Part shown: positions 44,901-57,200 of the stretch, one piece after another | Layout of the letters: every line of letters starts with the position of its first letter | Position numbering within the stretch: the stretch's first letter is position 1 | NCBI GenBank assembly: GCA_918797485.1 | Contig: CAKKNE010000004.1 | Span: 1,550,001-1,614,000, forward strand | Direction: 5' to 3' | From: Pelagomonas calceolata | Taxonomy: Eukaryota | Length of the DNA: 64,000 bases | The notes under the pieces: model-generated | Seen by the model: only the letters and a program-made list of their open reading frames with translations | What the model was told of the DNA's origin: nothing | Databases searched by the model: none | Translations under genes and position numbers: made by a program

Positions 44901-45748
44901 TTTACATTATCATTTGCTTCGACGGAGTTCTCATGGATCCTCCTAGCGAGGGATAGGAAACGCGCCAGGTATGAGGACTTTGACGCCTCAAGAACGCAAA
45001 CAACACGGCAGACATCTGCTCTTTGAAGTTGCTGTAATATTCCACAGAGATCTTCCTTGCGTGTGCACCAGAATTCAATTTCCTCGAGTGGACCCGACAC
45101 CTCAGTATGATAATGACTATCCTGGCTATTCACCACCCCTTTGATTTGACGAGTCCAATTGATTACAATGGATTCCAATTGTTGCACTAACTCCTTGTTT
45201 TTTGCAGCAGTAGGTACACTTGGAAGGAACTTTCCAGATGGCAAGTAAAGAACCGTTTTTCTGGAGGCTGCAAAAGTAGATTCGGTAAGTGAACCCATGA
45301 ACCTGTGCACATGACCAGATAGATCCCTTTTTACACTCTCGGGCCAGGTGCTGGATTCAAATAATTGTGGGCCAAAGACTTGTCCCATTGCCTCAAGTAG
45401 CGACTGCATAGCCGTCCCGCGCGACAACATTCCATGATGGATTGACATGTCGATATTGTTCAATCTTATTTCCTCGGAGCGAATGAAGTAGTAAAGCTTC
45501 TCGCAAGATGTTGCTTCTGTGTCAAGAGTCGCTGAGAAGTGCAGCTTGCCGTTCGACATGTAGCACAAAAGCTGACATAGTCGTGGATTATTCAGGAAGG
45601 CTGCGGCTTTTTCTTCGTGCTCGACTGACCACAAACCTACATCGTATCCCGGAAGCTGGATGTGCCCTTGAAGCCACGAAATCATCTGTGAAACCAAAGA
45701 TTAGCGGGCGTATTTTTTGGTTCAATCACATACCTGTGCGCGCAGCAT
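29936..45748 (-). CDS. DNAH2: Axonemal dynein heavy chain, inner-arm I1/f beta type (DNAH2/DHC10-like), many exons
   Basis: Four P-loops [79 protein letters not shown]; stalk; C-terminal YSCPLYLYP…[10 protein letters not shown]; long N-terminal tail ([12 protein letters not shown]…GPLEEIEFW). Subtype is judged from motif resemblance; the start codon is approximate. Confidence 0.9.
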
Positions 45749-46043
45749 CGCAGTATTGCATGCCGGGCCGCGCTCGTTGACCAGAAAGATACAGGGTACA
45801 TGTATACGGTACCCGAACCGCTGGGCTTTATATACTAGAACCCTTCTGAAATGCCCCGAGCACTTAAAATTTCGAGCAAGTATTCAGGCCGAATACTTAG
45901 AATGGGACCGGAGCACTGACCGAGCACTCGCCAGGGAGCTGCGTGCCGCCTCCCTAGTTGTGTATATCCTCTACTCTAGGCTACTACCGTCTACTAATCC
46001 GTCGAACGTATACCGCTGAAACTTAGCTACTCTCCCTTGTTTC

Positions 46044-46935
46044 ATGACAATGAATAACACTCGTGAGAATCTCGTTTATCTCGCAAAACTTGCAGAGCAA
46101 GCTGAGCGTTTCGACGAAATGGTTCCGGCCCGCGTTGAGACTCGACCAAATTTAGAAGCTCGCGGAATTCGCCGATCAACGGGCCCGCGCAATTCTTCAA
46201 AATTCGTGGCGAATTTGTTCTAGGCGCGCCTCGGGGTGTTTACTAGAATTTTTTTAGGTCGATCATATGAAATCTGTCGCGAATTACTCAGAGGAGCTGT
46301 CTGTCGAGGAGCGGAATCTTCTTTCTGTTGCATACAAGAATGTCATCGGGTCACGCCGTGCATCGTGGCGCGTAATTTCCTCTATCGAGCAAAAGTCCGA
46401 CTCGGAAAAAACGGCACTGATCACTAATTACAAGAAGAAGATAGAGACTGAACTAGAGACCATTTGTGAGGACATCCTTGGAATTATAGAGAAAACGCTA
46501 ATCCCGAATTCTGCCGGGGATGAAGGTAAAGTCTTCTACTACAAGATGAAAGGCGACTATCACCGGTACCTGGCGGAGTTCCAGAGCGCAGACAAGCGTA
46601 AGGAGTCCTCCTCCAGCGCGCTGGAGTCATACCAGCAAGCATCGCAGATTGCCAATAAGGACCTTCCGCCCACGCACCCTATCCGCCTTGGTCTCGCACT
46701 CAATTTCTCTGTCTTCTATTACGAGATTCTCAATTCGCCAGACCGTGCTTGCCACATTGCTAAACAGGCCTTTGACGACGCCATTGCCGAGCTGGATACT
46801 CTTTCTGAAGAATCATACAAAGACTCTACCCTCATAATGCAGCTCCTTCGCGACAATCTTACCCTCTGGACCTCCGACAACGCTGACAACAATCACGACA
46901 ACAATGCCGATGGTACCGCAGTCCAGGACCTTTAA
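46044..46935 (+). CDS. 14-3-3 protein (2 exons, intron 46122-46257)
   Basis: [82 protein letters not shown]. Confidence 0.97.
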
Positions 46936-47241
46936 CTCAGCTTGAAGCGCCAAAAATCAAACCATAAACTATCCCCCAATTTGAGACCAGGGCATGTGAT
47001 TGACCTGCGGTTGGCCCGGCAGATGCGTGCCTCCTCTCTCTAAAGGTTGGAAGCAGGCTCGCGGGCTAATAATGGCGCACTATCCTATACCCCCTGCACC
47101 ATATAAAGCAGGCGCAAAGCCACTGCATGTGCCAGTATTTGGGACTGACAGTCGAGTTCCCCTTCTTTTTCCCTAATAAGGCTGTCGAATCACCTATTGT
47201 GAATAAATAGGTAGTACTAGTTAGTAGGGGGGAAGCTTATG

Positions 47242-47900
47242 CTAAGTACTAGCTCCTGAGAGTGAGAGTCTGAATCCTGCAACCCGCCGGGGGTCCTGCC
47301 GCGGCGCGCAGCATGCCCCAGCGAGAGCATACCCTGCGCTACACGCCGACCCAAACGTGGCGCGAATCTCCAGTATGCCTTGCTTGCTTTTGGATTTTTT
47401 CCCTTTGTTCAGGACTTGTGAGATCACGAATGGACCATTAGCTGGTATGTTCATACCAAGGTCGGTGAGCATTGCCCCCGAGTCCGACGCTGCGCCAGAG
47501 CCCACAGTATGTTTGAATTAGTCATAACAAAGTTTCGCCCCACCGAAGTACTGCGCAGTCGAATCACGCATTCCAGGCCGGCATCGGGCCTGAATCCCTT
47601 CCCTCCCCCGGCGAGCCTCCCCGCGCGGCGGATGGTGTGTCTGGGTGGCGTTCTTAGGGTCTTCCCTTGGAGCGATTCTCCTGCATGCACCATTTCGTCG
47701 TCCAGGACGGCTTGACTGCTCTCTCCCACTGAACATACTGAACATTGGGAATATTGAATCGATTGCTAGAACTTGAACTCGAAGGCTCAGCCTGAGGTTC
47801 GAGGTTAAGGAACGTCATGGTGTGGTTATCGACGTTCCAGCCATTCACTTGGGTCAAGATTACGGCCAGAAGACCCGACAAGTCACTGGAGTTGATAGCT
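47242..47900 (-). pseudogene. Frameshifted coding relic of unknown identity, possibly TE-derived
   Basis: Three overlapping minus-strand ORF pieces (47654-47881, 47451-47729, 47242-47505) read like one decayed ORF. Footprint words AACTTGAA (47769) and AGCCTGAG (47789) lie inside it. Confidence 0.3.
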
Positions 47901-49340
47901 GACCGGCGCTTTCAAATAGTTTTGGGTGGCTCGCTCAGATTTATCGAAACCAATACCAATAGCCTGAGCACGGCAGTAATCTTGAAATGTTAGACGTGTT
48001 GATGGCTTGGTAAGCAGATCCGCCGGATTTTGCTGCCCGGGCCATCGATGTGGTCACAATGAGTCGTGGTTGAGCTTGATATTCGCGCCGCGGGCAGAGC
48101 ACTCCAATTTTCAAATATCGCCCGGCGGCCGCGGCCCCCGGGCCGGGCCGGGGCTGTGGCCTACTAGTAGACACCATGCAGAGCTAGGACCCAAGTAACG
48201 CCGCGTAATTCTTCCTTCTACTAGTCCGACTCACCCTAGTTTGCGGTGGGGTTTGGGGGCTCTCACGGCCAGCGCGGAGGCGCATTTGTGCCGCCAGCGC
48301 GTGTGGAGGTCCTAGGAACTCGTCCGCGCCTGGAGTAAAGAGCGCGCGTCGAAAACTAGCCGCCTCGGCGGTCTGCGAGTGCCCAAAAGCTGGTGCTCTG
48401 CGAAGGCCCTAAATCGGCGCACGACTGCGAACAGATCTCCAAATTGCTGGTAGAGAAGCGCCTGACCAACACAAACAGCGCTGCACCTCCAGAAGTCCAC
48501 CAGCTATCCGTCGCCACATGTCAACCCGCGGCCGGTCGGGAGAGCATATTCGGTGAATGTCGATCGCGGGCCGCTTGGGCACCTACCGATAAAATTCGAC
48601 CGGTATGACGTACGTATGCATTCCAGCGGACGTTGGAATGACGCGCCGACGCGCCGCGCCAGTGGAAGGGACTTAAGGCCTGCGACGCCGACCGCGGGAA
48701 GTCGAACTCGTCCTAGAGCGGCCTTTAGGACGCTAGGCGCACTATCATAGGCTATATTCGAATACCAGCGCGGGTGGGGGATTGGGGGCACTCTCTGGTG
48801 CAAGGAAAACCCGCACCACCCCCCCAGCGCGGTGATGCTGGGGGCGCGTCGGCGGCGGCGGCCGGGCGCCCTAACGCCAGTACGAGGGTGGGGGCCGCGG
48901 CCCTGATGCGGAGGGCGGCCGTTAGGAGGGTGTGGACGCCCTTCTCGGGGTCGCCGTCGAGGTTGATGTCGCCGACGGCCGTGACTATGTCCTTGACCGA
49001 GTCGTCGGCCATGTTGTCGTTCGGGGGCGTCGCCGGCGGCGGCGCGGCTCTCGTGGGCCTCTGTGGGCGCCCCCGGGTGGCCCTGGGCGGGCGGGGGGGC
49101 GCGCGCGGGCGCGTGTGTCGATCGGCGAGGGTTTCGCAGATTTTCGCGGGGGCGCCGGTTTCGTGCGTGAAACGGGGCGCGCCGCGTCCCTACGTGGTTC
49201 TGAGGCGGCCTGAGCCTCAGCAGACAGCGATGGATCGCGTAGAGTTGCAACCACGGTGATGCTGGTATGCGAGAGTTAGTAGGGGGATCGAGGACTAGAG
49301 CGTGCGGGTATCAGCGCAGCGCGCTGGCCCTCCAAGACTA

Positions 49341-51062
49341 GGGGGGGTGACACCAAAATTGGAGCTCGGGTTCTCGACGACGAGCAGTCCCGGGGATTTC
49401 TCCGGAGAGAGGCGTCCAGCCGGCTCGTCAACCAAGCTTCGCGTTTGGGGAGGGCGGATTCGGGACCCTAAATATTGCCGCTTTTGGCCGTCGTCGTGCC
49501 ATTAAGCGCCTCTACCGAACCGCAGGCTGCTCCTACGCAAAAACTTCATCGATGGCGCACCATCAGTGGGTGTTGGTGCCGGCGTAGGAGCAGCCCCGAT
49601 GAAGTTTCGGCACGCCGCGGCTGCGCATGCGGCGGAGATAGTTTCATCGGTCGAGCTTCAGGGTTGGGCCGTTTTTCAAAACGCATGCGCAGCCCGAAAA
49701 AAGTTGTCTAGGAGTTGCCCGATGAGGTTTCGAGCCGCGGCCGCGATTCCTTTTCAGCTATTCCAGCGCTGATAGTCCGCCAGCGGCCGCGCCGCCCGCG
49801 CGGCGCGTCCGAGTCCCGCGAACGACGTAAACGGGGCCAAAGCGGCCACGAGGAGGACGAACGCGTCAAAATAGGTGGTCAAGGCCCACGCATGGTACAC
49901 GAACGAAGTCCTGCGACGCTCCATCTGCCCAGTCGGCCCCCAAATCGCTTCAAAATGGCATTTCGACCTCGTTTTGGCATGTTTTTGCCTCACCACGACC
50001 CGAAATCCCCCTAAGCGCCGGTAAATTTTGTCTGAATGTACCCCATAGAACCCACAGAGAACTACCCCGGGACTGCTGAAGCAAGGCTCATCGAGGTCTT
50101 GCGCTAGAACCCAGCCTGGGGGAGGGGGGCACCCAGGGGCACCCGGTTTTGGCCGGTTGCTTCCGAAGCACCTGCAATCCGGAGAGGCCGTCTGGGGACT
50201 CCTCTGGGGGCACAAAAGCGGCCCTCAACTTTTCGTGGGGATTGGTACGACTGATGCAGCTACTGATGCTAGCGCCCCATTTTAAGACGCCGCGTGTGCG
50301 CCATGCGGGCCTAGCTGCGGAGGCTGCGGCGGTGCGCCGGCCCAAGCACCCCATCGACTACACGAGGGGGCGCCCACTTGGCATTTGATGCGGGCTGCGC
50401 ATAGAACGCGGACGCTGAACTCGGCGTTTTTCCTAAAACGGCAAATCGTTATACGCGGGCGATGAGGCCAAAATCGTCACAATAAGGTCGTATGGGACCA
50501 TACGAGGCACACCGCGGCCTTAGTTTGCTCAGATTGGACCGGTGGTGCGCGTGAAGGCCCGGCCGAGACGTCGAGAGCGTTGTGTACAGCGGGCTGAATG
50601 GCGGCGCTGCAGGGTTGTAGACCTCCGTAGCGGCCACAGACCCAACCGAGGGGTTATGTGCGAGGTCCGAAGCGGCCGAACTACTGCCGGGGGCGATTTT
50701 GACCTTGCATCCCGCGCCGCGGCGGTCACCGAGACACAGTAATCAATCTGTTTTTCTTATGATAAGGCCGCTGCCCTACGCTCGAATGACCCCTCCGATC
50801 ACATGCCTCGTGCACGGATTTAGGCTATCTAGCGTCGGGAGCTAGGTCGGCTGGTCTAGGGGGGTGCCCCCCCCCTGAGCCTCTGGTGCGTAAAGACCCC
50901 ACCCCTCTTTTACGTCGTCAAAGGGGTACCACCCCTCTCTCCTACGTCGTTCGGGGTGCTACCCCTTTTTCCTCCCGAAAAAAGAGAGAAAACGGGTTTT
51001 ATCGAAAAGGGTGCGGGGTCTTTACCCGCCAGCCTGAGCCTGGGGTTAGTGTCACCCCCCAT
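49341..51062. mobile_element. Mutator-like non-autonomous element A (GGGGGGTGACAC termini, 9-bp flanking duplication CCAAGACTA)
   Basis: Terminal inverted GGGGGGTGACAC/GTGTCACCCCCC; CCAAGACTA at 49332-49340 and 51063-51071; the empty site is visible in H copy 1 at ~17181-17203. Confidence 0.75.
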
Positions 51063-51084
51063 CCAAGACTAAGCAGCTAGACTA

Positions 51085-51879
51085 GGGGGGGTGACACCAA
51101 CCCCAAACCGGTTCTAGCGCAAGACCTCGATGAGCCTTGCTTCAGCAGTCCCGGGGTACATGTAGTTCTCTGTGGGTTCTATGGGGTACATTCAGACAAA
51201 ATTTACCGGCGCTTAGGGGGATTTCGGGTCGTGGTGGGGCAAAAACATGCCAAAACGAGGTCGAAATGCCATTTTGAAGCGATTTGGGGGCCGATTGGGC
51301 AGATGGAGCGTCGCAGGACTTCGTTCGTGTACTATGCGTGGGCCTCGACCACTTGTATTGAAGCGTTCGTCCTCCTCGTGGCCGCTTTGGCCCCGTTTAC
51401 GTCGTTCGCGGCACGCACCGCGCGGCCGCTGGCGGACTATCAGCGCTGGAATAGCTGAAAAGGAGCGGGCAGCGCGGGTCGGAACCTCATCGGGTAGCTC
51501 CTAAACAACTTCTTTCGGGCTGCGCATGCGTTTTGAAAAACGGCCCAACCCTGAAGCTTGACCGATGAAAATGGGCAGCCCTTTTTTGATGCGGCGGCGT
51601 GCCGAAACTTCATCGGGGCTGCTCCTAAGCCGGCACCAACACCCACTGATGGTGCGCCATCGATGAAGTTTTTGCGTAGGAGCAGCCTGCGGTTCGGTAG
51701 AGGCGCTTAATGGCACAACGACGGCCAAAAGCGGCAATATTTAGGGTCCCGAATCCGCCCTCCCCAAACGCGAAGCTTGGTTGACGAGCCGGCTGGACGC
51801 CTCTCTCCGGACAAATCCCCGGGACTGCTGAAAGAGGCGTCGCCGGAAACCCGAGCTCCATTTTGGTGTCACCCCCCAT
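51085..51879. mobile_element. Mutator-like element B, internally deleted inverted relative of A (9-bp duplication GCTAGACTA)
   Basis: Same termini as A; 51111-51879 is an inverted copy of 49341-50110; GCTAGACTA at 51076-51084 and 51880-51888. Confidence 0.75.
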
Positions 51880-52561
51880 GCTAGACTAAGCACTTAGACT
51901 AAGCTCCCCTACCGCGCGGGTTTTAGCTCTCCCGTAGTATCTCAGCTTCAACTCCCATTGACGTCAACCTCAAGTTGAAGTAAGGGTAGTCATAGGTAGC
52001 CACAGACCCCTCTCAGACCTCCACAAACTTACTCCTACTTCTGCTGTGATCTTCCCGACTCGGACGCTTTCCGACGTCTAAGTCACGCGCAAACTAGCCT
52101 GAGGTCAGGTCGGAGGAAGTAAGATTTGGACGCATCCTCCATGAGCCCTAATTAAGATAAAATAAATTTCCCTGCGAAGCTTAATACTGCGTGGAGTTCG
52201 ACATTTAGAGAGGGGTCAAGCGCAATAGTCGACGTTGATTTTATCATGATATTTGGCGCAATGCGCGTAAAACCACGCGCCGGCCGAATGGCGGGAAACT
52301 TCTGCTGAGGCGCAGGTTCCGTACTAGTATGCTAAAATAACTTGAATGGGCTGACCAAAGAATGCAATGCGTGAACAAGACGACCATCGGCACACCACCT
52401 CAACCTGGCTTCTAAAATGGGCTGAGCGGCACACCACCCCAACCTGGCGTGCTACGAGAAAGGCCGACAATTCAAGGAACTAACTGTAGATGTACCATTA
52501 ATTTTATAGATTGGTACATACATAATATCAGGCTATATAATATATCGTCTCTCAATCGCCA

Positions 52562-53134
52562 ATGGACGTCGCAGCAGCGCGCGAGAAGATGATAGCCCGC
52601 CGCTTCGGTGGGGCGCAGCAATCTCGTACGGGCGGAAAGGGGTCATTCCGCCGGAAAAAGAAAACTGTGCACAAAACAGCTACCTCTGACGACAAAAAAT
52701 TGGGAAGCACATTGAAGAAACTAGGAGTAACCAACATCCCCGCCATCGAGGAGGTCAACCTGTTTACGTCAGATGGTAAGGTAATCCATTTTTCGAATCC
52801 CAAAGGTGATGATTAAACACATATATTTTCACTTACTGGATGAATACAGTCCAAGCATCAATCGCCGCAAATACCTATGTCATCAGTGGTCCGAATGAAG
52901 CGAAGAGTGAGTACATTTTATCTCTGCGTTGTTGATAATAAATGCGCAGAGCTAAGTGATTTACTGCCGGGTATAATGAACCAATTGGGACCTGATAATA
53001 TAGATCATCTCAAACAGCTTGCTGACAATCTCTCGAACTCAAACAAAAGTACCAGTATGGGTGAAGAGCATGATGATGGTGACGAGGACGTCCCCGATCT
53101 TGTTGAGAATTTCGAGGATGTTAGCAAATCTTGA
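52562..53134 (+). CDS. BTF3: Nascent polypeptide-associated complex beta subunit / BTF3 (3 exons)
   Basis: [39 protein letters not shown]…[44 protein letters not shown]. Confidence 0.95.
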
Positions 53135-53650
53135 TTATTTGTCGTGGAAAGCCTCAGCGACGGAAAGGCCACCTAGCTGCCAGTCTATTATGTGGCTCTT
53201 ATATGGCTGGTCACCATCATGTATTGCCGTAGAGTATTGCCGTCATCGACGCCGTCATCTACCCGCAATTCTCGTAGTGTAAATGGGGCCTAGTATGGGG
53301 CCTTTTGCATTTTCGAGTTTTACTAGTACTACTAGTAATTCAAGTTAGATCCGAGTCTTGGTTTCTGGCTGGCCCGGGTTCTGAGGGTTGGCGTTGAGCC
53401 AACGCGAGTCCTATACGGTATACCCCAGAAACCCCGTTGATGAAATGGATCTAACACTAATATCGGGACCAACGGCACCGACCAGCCTGAGTGCCCTGAC
53501 CGAGGGGCCCGGCCCGGTCCCGGGGGGCGGGAGGTCCTGAGCGAGTCTAATCGATCAGAAAATTACCGGCTTCTTCGGATAAGCCTCCTAGTTGCATGCT
53601 GTTGCGATTGCGAGCAAGGTGTGCACTCTAGGTGTGCGCTTATGCGCCGT

Positions 53651-54032
53651 CTAGGTTGCCATTAACCGCTTAATAACCGGTAATTTACCTATTAGTACCC
53701 CTCGGAGGGGATCCGGGGTTAATAATCCGCTCAATAACCCGACGGGTTTTCGACTAAACCCGTTTAGTGAGATTAGTGAAGACCTCTCCGGGCGAGCGGA
53801 TGGGCGCAAGCAGCCCGTTGAGCTTTTGGATACGTACAGGTACGCCAAGGCAAGTGCCAGGTCATGTGGCCCGGCACGGCCCAGGCCCGCGCGCCAGTGG
53901 GCCGTGAGGCCCCCTCCCCTACCCCTCTATAAGATCCTGAGGTAAATAACCCGTACTAACCGGCAATTACCCGGGTTATTAACCCCGGGCGGCGCCAGGG
54001 GGTAATAACCCCTCAGGTAAATGGCAGCCTAG
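53651..54032. mobile_element. hAT-like MITE (382 bp, 17-bp TIR, 8-bp TSD TGCGCCGT)
   Basis: CTAGGTTGCCATTAACC … GGTAAATGGCAGCCTAG (2 mismatches); TGCGCCGT at 53643-53650 and 54033-54040; several subterminal TAA(T)AACCC/G motifs at both ends. Confidence 0.85.
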
Positions 54033-54220
54033 TGCGCCGTGCGGCCCGTGCTCGTGCTGCTATTGAGCTGCGTGGCCACCAAGGCCTTGTTTAGGCGCTC
54101 TGCCTGCGTAAACTGCACCCTAGGGCATTTAACTTACCCGGGGCGACAACGTAGCGGGGAGTCCTCGTCTCTCTCTCCCTAGACGCATGTTCAGCGACCG
54201 GAGCAAAGGGCCCTAGCCAG

Positions 54221-57200
54221 CTACAAGTCAGCTTCGATGATTTTCTCTTGGACGTCAGTCACCATGGAAGCTGGAGCTTCAACCATGGACATGTCATTGA
54301 CCCCAGAGCTCATGCTTGCCTGATCGACCGGTGTTGGCTGCGGTCGGGCAGCTTCTGCCTCAATAGTGATTCTGTCCACATCGTCGGCCAGTGACGCCTG
54401 CTCATCTCTTGATTTATTCCGGTAGACAACCATGGCCAAGATGAACAGAACAGCAGCTCCGGCAACAACACCACCAATGATGCCGGCGCTAGCCGCGTCG
54501 ACCCCCCCTCCCGAATTGCTGCTTGAACTCGACCCGGAATCGCTGCTTGAACTCGACCCGGTCGATCCCCCCCCATCCGTGGGCCCCCCATCCGTGGGCC
54601 CCCCATCCGTGGGAGCAGTGGGGCTAATTGGCGAGGTAGGGGTTGAAGTTGAGGGTCTTGGTGTGGGCATGTCCTTGGTGGGCATAGGCGTGGGAAAGGC
54701 TCCAGTGGGCATTGGCGTGGGTCTTGGCGTGGGTTGCTTTGTCGGCCTTGGCGTAGGAAAGCCACCCGTAGGTTTTGGCGACGACGTCGGCACCCACGTG
54801 TCTGTGGTAGGCATTTGGGACGGTTCGTGGGTATCTACTGTACCCACAGAAATGCCAAATAAAACGAAAGCCTGGTGGGCGCCCGGTTCGCCAACCATCA
54901 GATCGTCAATGCCGTCATTATTGACATCAAATGTGCCAAGAGCGACAGCCGCACCGGCCTGCGCTCCAAGATTAGTACCAGTAAGAGCAAAACCATCGCT
55001 GCCATCCAACATGCGAACATCAATACTGGCATGCGCCGGAACCAGGCTAGCAGAACCAAAAACAACATAGGCGGTGCCGGGCTCCGAAGCCGTACGGTCA
55101 AGGCCGTTGGACGCACCAATAAGAATGTCGTCAAGACCATCGTTATTTATGTCCCCGGCACCTGCGACAGCTGAACCAAGCGCACCTCGTCGTAGGGATG
55201 AAACGATAGGCATGGCCTTCTTTGTATTCTCCTTTTTCTTCCAGTTATCAGGTTTGCCAAGCATGATGTATACCATGCCCGAGCCATGGTCAACGCCAGG
55301 AGCTCCGACGAGGAAGTCAGCATAGGAGTCGCCATTGACGTCACCAGCTGCGGAAACAGCAACACCAATATAACGCTCCTCGCTGTCTTTATCTCCCCCC
55401 TCAGATGAGGTGAACGTCATGAAGCCTGGACTGTTATCGGAGTCTGGATCGAGATCGTCGCACTTATATTCAGCGGGGGCATCATCATTGCGCATATACT
55501 CGTTACCAAAAACAACACAGACAGTAGCAGCAGCAGGTGCTCCAACCGCCACATCATCATAGCCATCGTCGTTGATGTCGCCGATGCCGGCAACCGATGA
55601 TCCGAGGTCAGATTGGTCATGGGTGAGGCGAAATCCCTCGGTCGGACCAAAAGTCGTAGCATCAACAATTGAAGCTGATAAGGCCGTCGAAGCCATCCCA
55701 TAATATACATAGGCGCAACTAGACTGCGGGGCGCCGATGACTACATCGGCATAGCCGTCATTGTTGAAATCAAGAGTCGAGAGAGATGACCCAAAACCGT
55801 CGCCGTTCGACCCGCCTTGCAGTTGGATGTAGTCAACACCAAGCATCATGTCGCTCTCTAGAGAAATGATATTAGTTTCCGGAAACCCATCACCTCCAAA
55901 TACTACAAAAACTGTGCCCGTGCTGTCATTATCCGCCGGACAGGCCAACGCCATGTCGTCATGGCCATCAAGATTGAAGTCTCCCGCTGATGCAACGACT
56001 TGTATACTACAGGGGGCTTCTATGGCTGCACCGACGAAGTTGCCAGAAGTCTGTGTGGTGATAGAGTTGAGATCGCCCGCAAAAATATCATCGTTGGCAG
56101 CGCCGTAAATCAGGTAAGCTTTGCCATCGGCGGCCGCGACGAAGTCATCAATACCATCAAAGTCAACGTCACCAATGAATGCTATAGAGGGGAGCGTTTC
56201 TTCTCCGCGCAAGATAGAACCCGCTGACATCCCTTGTATGGAGCTCAGGGCAACTTTAGAGGGAAAGGGGAGCTTTTCGTTGCCCAGAGAGTAGGTCGGA
56301 CGCGAAGGAGCGGGCGTGGGCATTGCAGATGGACCAGTGGGCATTGTTGTGGGTGCCTTGGAATTAAAATGTTGGCCAAATATGACGTAGGCATTGCCTC
56401 CCTTGTTAGAGGCAGAACCCTTCTGGAATACCGATGAAACTATGATATCATCTATACCGTCATTGTTGAAATCGGCGGCCGCGGCAACATCGAAGCCAGC
56501 ACCGTCGCCAGAGTGTTCGCCATACATGGTAAAGCCATCGAAACCGTTAAGATCAGAAAGATCAAAGGTTCCCTTTTTCTTGGACCCTCCAAGCACACAA
56601 TAGACGGTACCAGCCATTTCGCGCGCTTGGGGAGATGAAGTAAAGGCCCCGATGAGCACATCGTCGAGGCCGTCACCGTCTACATCACCTGCGCTGGAGA
56701 CGGAGTAGCCAGCCATGTCCTTAGCAACATCGCCACGAAAGGAGATGTCAGCCCGGACAGTTGGGCCGAAGTGCTTGCGGCCCAGCACTATGTAAGCAGC
56801 ACCCCGACGATGTTCAAAGCCTGCCGCGCCAACAATGATGTCTCCGTAGCCGTCACCATTGAAGTCGCCAGCCTTTTTAACATCACCACCACAAAGATCG
56901 CCCTTTTTGGCACCAAGTATGCCAAACCCGTCGGAGCCATCCATTTCGTCTAGAAATAAAGTGCCGTGGTATTGAATACCCCCAAATATCACAAACGCCG
57001 CACCGCCATCTCCGTACTGGGGAGCGCCCACTGCGATATCGTCATGACCATCACCATTCACGTCATCGAGTGCCGCCATCTCGAGACCCAGCAGGGCTTT
57101 CTTACCGGCACCATCTTTATTCTTCAGTGCAAGAATTACACCCCGTGGGTTCATCGACCCGCCCTTACCAGCAAGATTTTGGAGTGGTAGGATCGACCGG

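Larger units (their letters stand above)
48221..52119 (-). mobile_element. Family H copy 2 (inverted relative to copy 1), TA on both flanks, hosting elements A and B
   Basis: TA|CTAGTCCGACTCACCCTAGTTTGCG … CGCAAACTAG(CCTGAG)GTCAGGTCGGAGGAAG|TA; collinear inverted match to 16983-18522. Confidence 0.75.

Noticed and set aside
29936..45748. Dynein (and likewise RPA2) as a fragmented pseudogene
   Set aside because: The breaks I traced are explained by short GT/GC-AG introns that restore conserved motifs in frame.
48504..51879. Numerous GC-rich short ORFs as genes or a transposase
   Set aside because: They are overlapping Arg/Pro/Ala-rich frames within non-autonomous repeats, with no recognisable catalytic motifs.
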